DNA of 64,000 bases from Blastocatellia bacterium. Lineage in GTDB: Bacteria > Acidobacteriota > Blastocatellia > UBA7656. The translations under genes were made by a program, and so were the position numbers. Where the stretch lies: positions 32,001 to 96,000 of the forward strand of contig CAVXWP010000003.1 in assembly GCA_963765495.1 (NCBI GenBank), in the 5' to 3' direction. Numbering within the stretch: position 1 is the first letter of the stretch; each line of letters starts with the position of its first letter. The notes below the pieces were generated by a model, which did no database searches, was not told the origin of the DNA, and saw only the letters and a program-made list of their open reading frames with translations. This document shows positions 1 through 8,482 of the stretch, in pieces.

Positions 1-1
1 G

Positions 2-2026
2 GATGGGAGCGTTTGGATAGCCGCTCACGATGGTTTGACACGGTGGAAGGACGGACAATTTACAGTCTTCCGTAAGGCAAGTGGGTTGCCGGCCGATGCG
101 ACGCAGTCTCTGTTCGAGGATTATCGTGGGCGAATCTGGGTGTTCACGGATCACGGACTTGCTTATTTCCAAGATGGCAGGTTTGTTGCAATAAATGGTG
201 TACCTAGCCCAGAAGTGTATTCCATCACGGGAGATAAGGAAGGCAACCTCTGGCTTTCAGGAAACAAAGGCCTGTCGCACTTGCTGGACGGACGTCTGGT
301 CGAGCACTTCCCCTGGTCGGCGCTGGGGCGTCGGCAACAAGCGAAGGTCATACTCTCTAACCAAGGGGGACTGTGGCTTTCATTCTGGCAAGACGGCGGC
401 GTGTTATATTTCAAGGATGGTAAAGTCCGGGCGTCGTATACAGCCGCTGATGGGCTTGGTAAAGGCCATGTTCCCGGCCTTCAACTCGACCGGGATGGCG
501 CGCTGTGGGCCGCAACCGAGGAGGGCGGCCTTAGCCGGATTAAGGACGGCCGCGCCACTACGCTGACAAGCAGGAATGGTTTGCCCTGCGACACGATTCA
601 CTGGACGATAGAGGACGACGACCGTTCGCTCTGGTTGTACACGGGCTGCGGCCTCGTGCGCATCACGCGCGGCGAACTGGACGCGTGGATCACCGACCCG
701 CAGCACAGGATTGAAACAATGGTCTGGGCTGCGGCGGATGGCGTCAGGCTCCACCCGGTATCGCCTACTTCCTGGGGTCCTACCGTCGCGAAGTCCACCG
801 ATGGCAAACTGTGGTTCGTGATGGGAGAAGCGATCCAGGTGGTCGATCCTCATCATCTTCCTGTCAACGAACTCCCGCCGCCGGTTCACATTGAGAAAAT
901 CACAGCCAATGACCAGACCTACGACGCCGCTCAAGGCATGCGCCTGCCGCCGCTCGTCCGCGACCTCGCGATTGATTACGTGGCGTTGAGCCTCGTCGCG
1001 CCGGAAAAGGCTCGCTTCCGTTATATGCTCGAAGGACAAGACCCCGACTGGAAGGAAGTCGTTAACGAACGCCATGTGCAATACTCGAACCTCGCCCCTG
1101 GCCCTTACCGCTTCCGCGTAATGGCGTGCAACAACAGCGGCGTTTGGAACGAGGAAGGCGCGCTGCTGGACTTCTCGATTGCCTCGGCCTTCTACCAGAC
1201 CACCTGGTTCCGGCTGGCGTGCGTGGCACTTTTCCTGGCCTTGCTCTGGGCGGGTTATCAATTCCGTATCCGGCAACTCGCGCACCAGTTCAATATGACC
1301 CTGGAGGCGCGGGTGAGTGAGCGCACACGCATTGCACGCGAACTGCACGACACGCTGCTGCAAAGTTTTCAGGGCCTTCTGCTCCGCTTTCAGTCGGCCT
1401 CGAAACTCCTTCCGGCGCGTCCAGGCGAAGCCAGGCAGAGGCTCGAAAGCGCACTCGATCGGGCGGCTGAGGCGATTGCCGAAGGCCGCGACGCCGTGCA
1501 GGGGTTGCGGTCCTCGGCATTCGAGGCCAATGATCTTGCCACCGGAATAACTGCTATGGCAGAAGACCTCACAAGCGATGCCTCAGCCCTCGATTCTCCC
1601 GCCATTGATGTGGAGATAGAAGGCGCGCCGCGCAATCTCAACCCCGTTGTGCGCGACGAGGCATACCGCATCGCGGGCGAGGCGTTGCGCAACGCCTTCC
1701 GGCACGCACAGGCGCGGCGGATCACGGTGGAGATCCGATACGACAAGCGGCAGTTCCGCTTGCGGGTCCGTGATGACGGAAAGGGCATTAACGAAGCGAC
1801 TATCCGGCAGGCGGCTGCCGCCGGGCATTTTGGCTTGCACGGCATGCGCGAGCGGGCTGAGAATGTGGGCGGGCAACTGGAAGTCAAGAGCAGGCTCGAT
1901 TCCGGCACAGAGGTGGAATTGAGCATCCCCGGTGCCATTGCTTATGGTGGGTCTGCCCGGCGGTCGCGGTTGTCAAAAGCACTTTCGGCGAACAGCCGAG
2001 ATAAGGGAGCAGGGAGCCATGAGTGA
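2..2026 (+). CDS. Sensor histidine kinase with beta-propeller repeats, Y_Y_Y domain, TM helix, HisKA_3 and HATPase domains (5' partial, runs off window)
   Basis: Frame is open from position 2. It has repeated D..G.LW propeller motifs, FRYMLEG..YSNLAPGPYRFRV (Y_Y_Y), ERTRIARELHDTLLQ (H-box) and DDGKG/GHFGL.GM.ERA. Confidence 0.92.
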   Translation, partial: DGSVWIAAHDGLTRWKDGQFTVFRKASGLPADATQSLFEDYRGRIWVFTDHGLAYFQDGRFVAINGVPSPEVYSITGDKEGNLWLSGNKGLSHLLDGRLVEHFPWSALGRRQQAKVILSNQGGLWLSFWQDGGVLYFKDGKVRASYTAADGLGKGHVPGLQLDRDGALWAATEEGGLSRIKDGRATTLTSRNGLPCDTIHWTIEDDDRSLWLYTGCGLVRITRGELDAWITDPQHRIETMVWAAADGVRLHPVSPTSWGPTVAKSTDGKLWFVMGEAIQVVDPHHLPVNELPPPVHIEKITANDQTYDAAQGMRLPPLVRDLAIDYVALSLVAPEKARFRYMLEGQDPDWKEVVNERHVQYSNLAPGPYRFRVMACNNSGVWNEEGALLDFSIASAFYQTTWFRLACVALFLALLWAGYQFRIRQLAHQFNMTLEARVSERTRIARELHDTLLQSFQGLLLRFQSASKLLPARPGEARQRLESALDRAAEAIAEGRDAVQGLRSSAFEANDLATGITAMAEDLTSDASALDSPAIDVEIEGAPRNLNPVVRDEAYRIAGEALRNAFRHAQARRITVEIRYDKRQFRLRVRDDGKGINEATIRQAAAAGHFGLHGMRERAENVGGQLEVKSRLDSGTEVELSIPGAIAYGGSARRSRLSKALSANSRDKGAGSHE

Positions 2027-2651
2027 CGATTCCAAACAGATTCGGATTCTGACGGTGGACGACCATCCGCTCTTGCGCGAGGGCATAGCCAGCCTCATCG
2101 CCGATGAGTCAGACATGACCCTGGTTGCCGAAGCCGCGGACGGCCGCGAAGCGATTCAGCAGTTTCGCACACACCTCCCCGACATTACGCTGATGGACTT
2201 GCAGATGCCGGAGGTGAACGGCCTGGATGCGATGGTTACCATTCTCGGAGAATTTCCCGACGCGCGAATCATTCTGCTCACCACCTACTCGGGCGACGTC
2301 CAGGCCCTGCGCGCGCTCAAGGCGGGCGCCCGCGCTTACCTCTTGAAAAATAGCCTGCACAAGGAGTTGCTGGGCGCAATCCGGGCCGTACACGCCGGAA
2401 GAAAGACCCTTTCCCCGGAGGTCTCTTTTGAGCTCGCCGAGCATTCCGCCGAGGAATCCCTAACGCCTGTGGAAGTGCGCGTCCTGCGCTTGATCGCCGA
2501 AGGCCATACCAATAAAGAGATTGCGGCGCTGCTCTCGGTGACCGAAGACGCAGTGAAGGGTCAGGTCAGGAACATCCTCTCCAAGTTGAACGCCAACGAT
2601 CGCACCCACGCCGCGATGATCGGAATCAAACGCGGGATCATCGAACTTTAA
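2019..2651 (+). CDS. NarL/FixJ-family response regulator (REC + LuxR HTH)
   Basis: VDDHPLLR, LMDLQMP phospho-Asp and LTPVEVRVLRLIAEGHTNKEIA HTH. The ATG at 2019 overlaps the kinase stop (ATGAGTGA). Confidence 0.95.
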   Translation: MSDDSKQIRILTVDDHPLLREGIASLIADESDMTLVAEAADGREAIQQFRTHLPDITLMDLQMPEVNGLDAMVTILGEFPDARIILLTTYSGDVQALRALKAGARAYLLKNSLHKELLGAIRAVHAGRKTLSPEVSFELAEHSAEESLTPVEVRVLRLIAEGHTNKEIAALLSVTEDAVKGQVRNILSKLNANDRTHAAMIGIKRGIIEL

Positions 2652-2653
2652 TC

Positions 2654-2689
2654 CACTCGAAAGGGTGTTAAGAAAAGCCCTTTCGGGTG
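2654..2689. promoter_or_regulatory. Inverted pair CACTCGAAAGGG..CCCTTTCGGGTG (hairpin and/or regulator boxes)
   Basis: 12-bp imperfect inverted repeat. The same ACYCTTTCG core recurs at 3235-3248 and 3321-3335. Confidence 0.5.
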
Positions 2690-2726
2690 TGCGTCTGGTT
2701 TTGGAATCTCATACCCTTAAGTAGGT

Positions 2727-3104
2727 ATGCGGCGTCTCTTCTCTACGTTCTCAAGTGGACCACCGGGCCTTGGGCTTCTGCTCCTCCGGTTGTTTGCCGG
2801 AATCACGTTGATTGTGCATTGTGTGCGACTCCACGACGGCGTCTCGCTACAGGCGATCACGCCGCATGTGATTGCGGCCGTGGGCGGATTGCTCCTACTG
2901 GTGGGATTATGGACTCCCGTCACGGGAGCGATTGTGGCCATCACGGAATTATGGATTGTCTTCTCACACGGTCCTGACCCGTGGGTGAGTGTTCTGCTGG
3001 TCGGCCTCGGCGCCGCCCTGGCGCTGATGGGTCCCGGGGCCTGGTCGCTCGATGCACGGCTTTACGGGTGGAAGCGGATCGAGATTCGCCGTCCCGACAA
3101 ATGA
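2727..3104 (+). CDS. DoxX-family membrane protein
   Basis: Hydrophobic helices, GLLLLRL, GLWTP and C-terminal GPGAWSLDA. Confidence 0.8.
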   Translation: MRRLFSTFSSGPPGLGLLLLRLFAGITLIVHCVRLHDGVSLQAITPHVIAAVGGLLLLVGLWTPVTGAIVAITELWIVFSHGPDPWVSVLLVGLGAALALMGPGAWSLDARLYGWKRIEIRRPDK

Positions 3105-3392
3105 GCAGATCGGGTCACAAGCACCGCACTACCTCAATATCGAGCCAGGCAATCGGGTCATAAGAAAACCCTGTCCCCCCCCCTCACCCTGTCTCTTCCC
3201 TGTCTCCTGTGCCGAGTATCTCGGGTTGATTCCATACTCTTTCGAGCGTCCCCAATCCTCGGAAGAGCCTCGTTGGCGACCCAAAGAGATCAATAAGCCT
3301 GCCGATTTTGCGCGGCGCGTCACCCTTTCGAAGTTGTCGCCAGGAGGAAAGGGCCGCACAATGGACAGCGAATTATGAAAGGAGATACGGAA

Positions 3393-5171
3393 ATGAGCGC
3401 AGGCTTCGCTAGCATCACGGGAGTGACTGATCCTCCTCAACGCAGGGCAGACCACGGCAAAGTTCCATTCAGCGCCAGCATGGTGTCCGCACCAAGCCGT
3501 CATCAAATGGGCCCTTCTAGGATCGCCGGTGACTATGAGGGCGTCCACGCCGAGCTACGCCGCGAAAAGTGCCGCTTGAAATTACTCATGGAATTGACCG
3601 GAGAAGCCGTCTCGAAACAGGAGCTTCCTGACCTTGTCCGAGCAATGATGATGAGCATCAGGAGCGCGATAGACTCCGACAGAGTTTGCATTTTTCTGGA
3701 AAGCCCGAATGGAGGCGAGCTTGAGGTCTATGCGCTCGACTTCCCTTCGGAGACGGGGAGATTCAACGAAGGAACTACTATTCCTCTCGCAGGCACGATT
3801 ACAAGCCAGGTGTTCCAGACGGGTAAGCCCTGGGCTGGCACTCGCGAGCAGGCGTGCGCGGTTTTTCCGAGGCAGCTTCTGTTTGCGGAGCGATTCAGCA
3901 CTGGATGCATTCTGCCACTTACGGGCCGCAATCGGGTTGTGGGCACGCTGGGCCTGGTGCGAGCGGAGCATAATCCTTACAGCAAGGATGAGCTTGATTT
4001 CCTGACTCGGGTCTCAAGTCAGGTAGCGATTGCCGTCGAAAACGCGCTGGCCTACCGCGAGATCTCCCGTCTGAAAGAGAAGCTCGCCCAGGAGAAGCTC
4101 TACCTCGAAGACGAGATCCGCTCCGAGTTGAATTTCGATCAGATCGTCGGCAACAGCCCCGCTCTCAAACACGTCCTTCAACTCGTCGAAACCGTCGCCC
4201 CCTCAGACTCCACCGTCCTGCTGCTGGGCGAGACCGGCACCGGAAAAGAACTCATCGCCCACGCCATCCACGACCACAGCCGTCGCAAACAACGCACCTT
4301 TGTCAAGCTCAATTGCGCCGCCATCCCCACGGGGCTTCTCGAGAGCGAGTTGTTCGGCCACGAGAAGGGAGCCTTCACAGGAGCGATCAGCCAGAAGCTG
4401 GGGCGGCTGGAACTGGCTGACCAGGGCACGCTGTTTCTCGACGAGGTGGGGGACGTTTCGCTAGAGGTCCAGCCGAAGCTTCTGAGGGCTTTGCAGGAGC
4501 GGGAGTTCGAACGCCTCGGCAGCACGCGCACCAGGAGGGTAGATGTGAGGCTAGTGGCGGCGACAAACCGGGATCTGGAGGGGATGATAGCGGCGCGGGA
4601 ATTCCGCAGCGACCTGTACTACCGGCTGAACGTCTTCCCGATACGGATCCCGCCTTTGCGAGAGAGGAGGGAGGACATACCGCTGCTTGTGAGTTACTTC
4701 GCGCAGAAGTTCGCGCGACAGATGAAGAAGCAGATTGAGACGATCCCGGTAGCGACGATGAAGGCGCTGAGCGAGTGGGAGTGGCCAGGGAACATACGGG
4801 AGCTAGCAAACTTCATCGAGCGGGCAGTGATCCTGACGCGGGGCAGGTCGCTCGAGGCGCCGCTCACGGAATTGGATAGGGCAAGCGGCGAAACAACAGT
4901 AGGAAAGCTCCGCTCCCGCGAGCGGGAAGAGATCGCGCGGATTGTGAGAGAGACGATCAGCGGGATGAAAAATGAAGAGTCCAAAAGTGCTGCCAATGAA
5001 TATGAAGAGAAGCAACGCGAGCAGATCATAAGAGTCCTGCGCGAGACGAAAGGGCGAGTAGGAGGAGCGGAAGGCGCAGCCGCACGACTTGAGATCAATC
5101 GAACGACGTTGCTTGCACGGATGAAGAAGCTCGGAATAGATCCCAGACAGTTTTCCTGCCTAGCAATGTAG
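3393..5171 (+). CDS. Sigma54-dependent activator, FhlA/HyfR-like (GAF + AAA + Fis HTH)
   Basis: GETGTGKE, ESELFGHEKGAFTGA, LFLDEVG, WPGNIREL and QEKLYLEDEI linker. RBS AAAGGAG precedes ATG 3393. Confidence 0.93.
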   Translation: MSAGFASITGVTDPPQRRADHGKVPFSASMVSAPSRHQMGPSRIAGDYEGVHAELRREKCRLKLLMELTGEAVSKQELPDLVRAMMMSIRSAIDSDRVCIFLESPNGGELEVYALDFPSETGRFNEGTTIPLAGTITSQVFQTGKPWAGTREQACAVFPRQLLFAERFSTGCILPLTGRNRVVGTLGLVRAEHNPYSKDELDFLTRVSSQVAIAVENALAYREISRLKEKLAQEKLYLEDEIRSELNFDQIVGNSPALKHVLQLVETVAPSDSTVLLLGETGTGKELIAHAIHDHSRRKQRTFVKLNCAAIPTGLLESELFGHEKGAFTGAISQKLGRLELADQGTLFLDEVGDVSLEVQPKLLRALQEREFERLGSTRTRRVDVRLVAATNRDLEGMIAAREFRSDLYYRLNVFPIRIPPLRERREDIPLLVSYFAQKFARQMKKQIETIPVATMKALSEWEWPGNIRELANFIERAVILTRGRSLEAPLTELDRASGETTVGKLRSREREEIARIVRETISGMKNEESKSAANEYEEKQREQIIRVLRETKGRVGGAEGAAARLEINRTTLLARMKKLGIDPRQFSCLAM

Positions 5172-5197
5172 ATGGCTGCAATGTAGATGGCTGCAAT
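5163..5197. repeat. 15-bp tandem repeat GCAATGTAGATGGCT x2.3 spanning the activator stop codon
   Basis: Direct reading of the sequence. Confidence 0.9.
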
Positions 5198-5362
5198 CCC
5201 GCCGGGGCGCAACAGGCTTGCGCCCCCTCCCCACCTGCTGACAGAAAATCCCCGAGAGCTAACGATAAAGGGCTGCTAAAAGTGACAACGACAGTTTTGA
5301 CACCGTGGTCAGTTTGGTTGCCAGGCCGCATTGATATTCAACGAGTTACAGCGCCCACGCTT

Positions 5363-5377
5363 TGGCACTCGTGTTGC
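5363..5377 (+). promoter_or_regulatory. Sigma54 (-24/-12) promoter
   Basis: TGGCAC-TCGTG-TTGC matches TGGCAC-N5-TTGC. An IHF-like ATTCAACGAGTTA lies just upstream, and the site is directly downstream of a sigma54 activator gene. Confidence 0.85.
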
Positions 5378-5438
5378 CCTTATCAATTCCGAAAGAATGC
5401 AGTGGTGAGAGTCGAATCAGCATTGAAAGGTGGAGACG

Positions 5439-6623
5439 ATGATGTCTTATCAAGCTCTTAATTTGATGGCGAGCCCGATGAACCAGGCCGGGGATATGAA
5501 TACAGATGACACAAGGCGATTGGTAGCGCTCAATCCCGACCGCAAGAGCAGGCAGGCAGCGCGGTTTGAAGCGGAGCTCGCCTCCCGCGTTGTCGGCCAG
5601 GAGCGGGCCGTACGCAAGCTCGCTTCCCTCTACCAGGTATTTCACGCCGGGCTTACCAACCATACGCGGCCCATCGGCACGATGCTCTTTCTCGGACCTA
5701 CCGGGACGGGCAAGACCCACGTCGTAGAGGCTGCGGCGGAGGTGCTGTTCGGCGACCGCAACGCGGTCATCAAGATTGATTGCGCCGAGTTCCAGCACTC
5801 GCACGAGATCTCAAAGCTCATCGGCTCGCCGCCCGGTTACCTCGGCCACCGTGAGACCTCGCCCCTGCTCAGCCAGGAGAACCTCGAAAAGTACCGCACC
5901 GAGCATGACCCGTTCACCCTGGTGCTGTTCGACGAGATCGAGAAGGCCTCCGACGCGCTGTGGCAGTTGCTGCTCGGCATACTCGACAAGGGGACGCTGA
6001 CCTTAGGCGACAACCGGCGGGTGGACTTCACGCAGACGATGATCTTCATGACCAGTAACCTGGGGGCCATACAGATGGGCGAACTGATGACCGGCTCGAT
6101 CGGGTTCGCACCGACCGCAGGGGCCAGGATTGCGGCCGACGAACTCGACCAGAAGATTTACCGGACGGCGGTGGATGCAGCACGGCGTAAGTTCTCGCCC
6201 GAGTTCATGAACCGGATAGACAAGGTGGTCGTCTTCCGCAGCCTGCGACACGAGCAGTTGCGGCGGGTGCTCGATCTGGAGTTGCAGCAGGTGCAGCGGC
6301 GCATTGACGAGGGGGCAGGCGAGCCCTTCCGCGTTATCGTCACGGAAACGGCCGCGGAGTTCTTGCTGGCGGAAGGAGTAGACATCCGCTATGGCGCGCG
6401 CCACCTGAAGCGGGCAATCGAGCGGTTCGTGGTGACGCCGCTTGCAAACCTTTCGGCGACCAGGCAGGTGCGGCTGGGCCAGGTTGTGGTGATTGACTTC
6501 GAGGGGGTGGAAAGAGAGCTGATCTTCTACCGAGATGACTCGGAGGCTGCACGGGCTGCCGCCGCCCTTGATAGAGCACGCACTCAGCAGGCAGGCGGAC
6601 AGTACAACAACCGCGCTGCATGA
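5439..6623 (+). CDS. Stand-alone ClpA/B/C second-domain (AAA_2 + ClpB_D2-small) AAA+ ATPase
   Basis: VVGQERAV, GPTGTGKT, LIGSPPGYLG, LFDEIEKA, SIGF loop, PEFMNRID and GARHLKR. No N-domain or D1. Confidence 0.88.
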   Translation: MMSYQALNLMASPMNQAGDMNTDDTRRLVALNPDRKSRQAARFEAELASRVVGQERAVRKLASLYQVFHAGLTNHTRPIGTMLFLGPTGTGKTHVVEAAAEVLFGDRNAVIKIDCAEFQHSHEISKLIGSPPGYLGHRETSPLLSQENLEKYRTEHDPFTLVLFDEIEKASDALWQLLLGILDKGTLTLGDNRRVDFTQTMIFMTSNLGAIQMGELMTGSIGFAPTAGARIAADELDQKIYRTAVDAARRKFSPEFMNRIDKVVVFRSLRHEQLRRVLDLELQQVQRRIDEGAGEPFRVIVTETAAEFLLAEGVDIRYGARHLKRAIERFVVTPLANLSATRQVRLGQVVVIDFEGVERELIFYRDDSEAARAAAALDRARTQQAGGQYNNRAA

Positions 6624-6701
6624 GAGGGTCTTTAACACGACCTTTAACGGGTCTGACGAGACGATTGCTCCAAGTCAGTTCGCGAATGGAGGCATAAAGC
6701 C

Positions 6702-7022
6702 ATGATACGAATCAGCGAAACTCGCGAAGGCTCGAAACGCCGCCTGTTGGTCGAGGGCACGCTCTCAGGCGACTGGGTTGACGTGCTGGAGAAGTGCTGG
6801 CTTGAGGCGCAGACGCCGTTTAACGGCGAAACGATGTGCATAGACCTGTCAGGGGTCACCTACATCGACAATAAGGGCCGCGAACTGCTCGCGCGCATGT
6901 TCCGGAACGGCGCACAACTGCGGGCGACGGGAGTAATGACCAGGGCGGTCATTGAAGAGATTACTGCACGGGAAGCCTCACTTGAGACGCAACTCGAAAC
7001 GCATGTAGAGAAACAAGCATGA
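6702..7022 (+). CDS. Small STAS-like protein
   Basis: L.VEG.L.G and IDLSGVTYID..G motif, RBS GGAGG. Confidence 0.75.
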   Translation: MIRISETREGSKRRLLVEGTLSGDWVDVLEKCWLEAQTPFNGETMCIDLSGVTYIDNKGRELLARMFRNGAQLRATGVMTRAVIEEITAREASLETQLETHVEKQA

Positions 7023-7132
7023 GTTGAAGCGGAAGAGGGGCAAAACAACAGAATGCAGCAATCACAAGCAAGATTGAGAAAGAGCCGGCGAAGGCTTGTC
7101 AGTCTTCGGCGCAAGGCAATAAGGATCAGGCT

Positions 7133-8482
7133 ATGAATAATCGGATCGTATATCTACTAGTGATCATCACCCTAATGGCAAGCCCAATCGGTATTCTGGC
7201 GCAGCAAGAAGGAGATGGGGCTTCGGGAGAAGTATTGACGCTGGATGAGGCAATCTCCATTGCGTTGCATGACAGCCGCCAGGTCAAGAACTCACAACTG
7301 GCAGTCGGCAAAGCCGGAGACGAACTGGCCGCGACGCGCACCCTCCGCCTGCCTTCAATGAATCTGTACGCGCTCGCCTCCGAGCAGCTTGTAAAGCAAG
7401 ACGCCAGTCTCGATGACCCTTCATCAAACATCATTACTGGCGTCGAGCCATTCTTCTCCATCGGCATTCCGCGCAAACCGACCGCGATCTTCGCCGGACA
7501 GATTTTGCAGCCGCTGTCGCAGCAATACCGCATCGGCCTGAACATCAAGCAAGCCGGGTTAGCACGCGACGTGGAGAGCGAGAGACTGCGCCAGGTTAAG
7601 CAATCTACGGTTAATCAGGTCAAGCAGACCTATTACGGAATTCTGCAAACCCAGAGCGCCCTCGATAGCCTTCTGGAAGCCATCAGGTACTACCGCGAGC
7701 TGGACCGTGTGATGGGCGATAACGTCGCCCAACAGATCTCTTTGAAATCCGATAGCCTGGAAGTCAAAACGCGGCTGGCGAAGGCCGAGTACGAAGCCCT
7801 GAACCTGACGAATCAACTGACCACTGCCAAAGAGCAGCTCAACAACCAATTGGGACGCGACGTACGCACCGAGTTCAGGGTGGCCGCAGTTCCCGATGTC
7901 AACGGCTTTGACGCCGACCTCGCCCTCGCGCGAAGCCGCGCGCTCGAGCAGCGGCCCGAAGTGCGGGAGGCGCGGCTGAAGGTCAAGCAGGCCGAGGTTG
8001 ACCGGCGCATCAAGAAGTCCGAATTCATCCCCGACGTGAGCGTCGGCTTCACCTACATGAGCTTCCGGAATTTCGACCAGGGGGTTCCAAAGAACTCTGC
8101 CAGTGTGGGCGTTGTGGTGAAGTGGGAGGTCTTTGACTGGGGGAGAAAGAAGAACCAGCTCGCCGAAAAAGACCAGGCCATCGAGCAGGCACGAAACTCC
8201 CTGCACGAAGCCGAGAGCCTCGTCCTGATTGAGGTCGGCGACAGGTTCCGCAAGCTCCAGCAGACCCGTCAGGCTCTCGTCGTCGCGCAACTTAATCAGG
8301 AAACGGCGCGGGAAAACATACGCGTTTCAACCAACAAATACAGGATGAAGGCGGCGCTACTTTCCGACGTGTTGCAAACGCAGGCCACGCTGGCCGATGC
8401 AGACTATCAATATCAACAGGCATTGCTGGCTTTCTGGACGGCCAGGGCTGAGTACGAAAAGGCGATAGGAGCGGACAAATGA
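7133..8482 (+). CDS. TolC-family outer membrane efflux protein
   Basis: Signal peptide, LTLDEAISIAL, RPEVREA and WEVFDWG, coiled-coil repeats. Confidence 0.9.
   Translation: MNNRIVYLLVIITLMASPIGILAQQEGDGASGEVLTLDEAISIALHDSRQVKNSQLAVGKAGDELAATRTLRLPSMNLYALASEQLVKQDASLDDPSSNIITGVEPFFSIGIPRKPTAIFAGQILQPLSQQYRIGLNIKQAGLARDVESERLRQVKQSTVNQVKQTYYGILQTQSALDSLLEAIRYYRELDRVMGDNVAQQISLKSDSLEVKTRLAKAEYEALNLTNQLTTAKEQLNNQLGRDVRTEFRVAAVPDVNGFDADLALARSRALEQRPEVREARLKVKQAEVDRRIKKSEFIPDVSVGFTYMSFRNFDQGVPKNSASVGVVVKWEVFDWGRKKNQLAEKDQAIEQARNSLHEAESLVLIEVGDRFRKLQQTRQALVVAQLNQETARENIRVSTNKYRMKAALLSDVLQTQATLADADYQYQQALLAFWTARAEYEKAIGADK

Noticed and set aside
3165-3210. CCCTGTC-rich pyrimidine tract
   Set aside because: Low-complexity and irregular, with no supportable function.
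6654-6669. Sigma54-like TGACGAGACGATTGC upstream of the STAS gene
   Set aside because: It lacks the invariant GG at -24.
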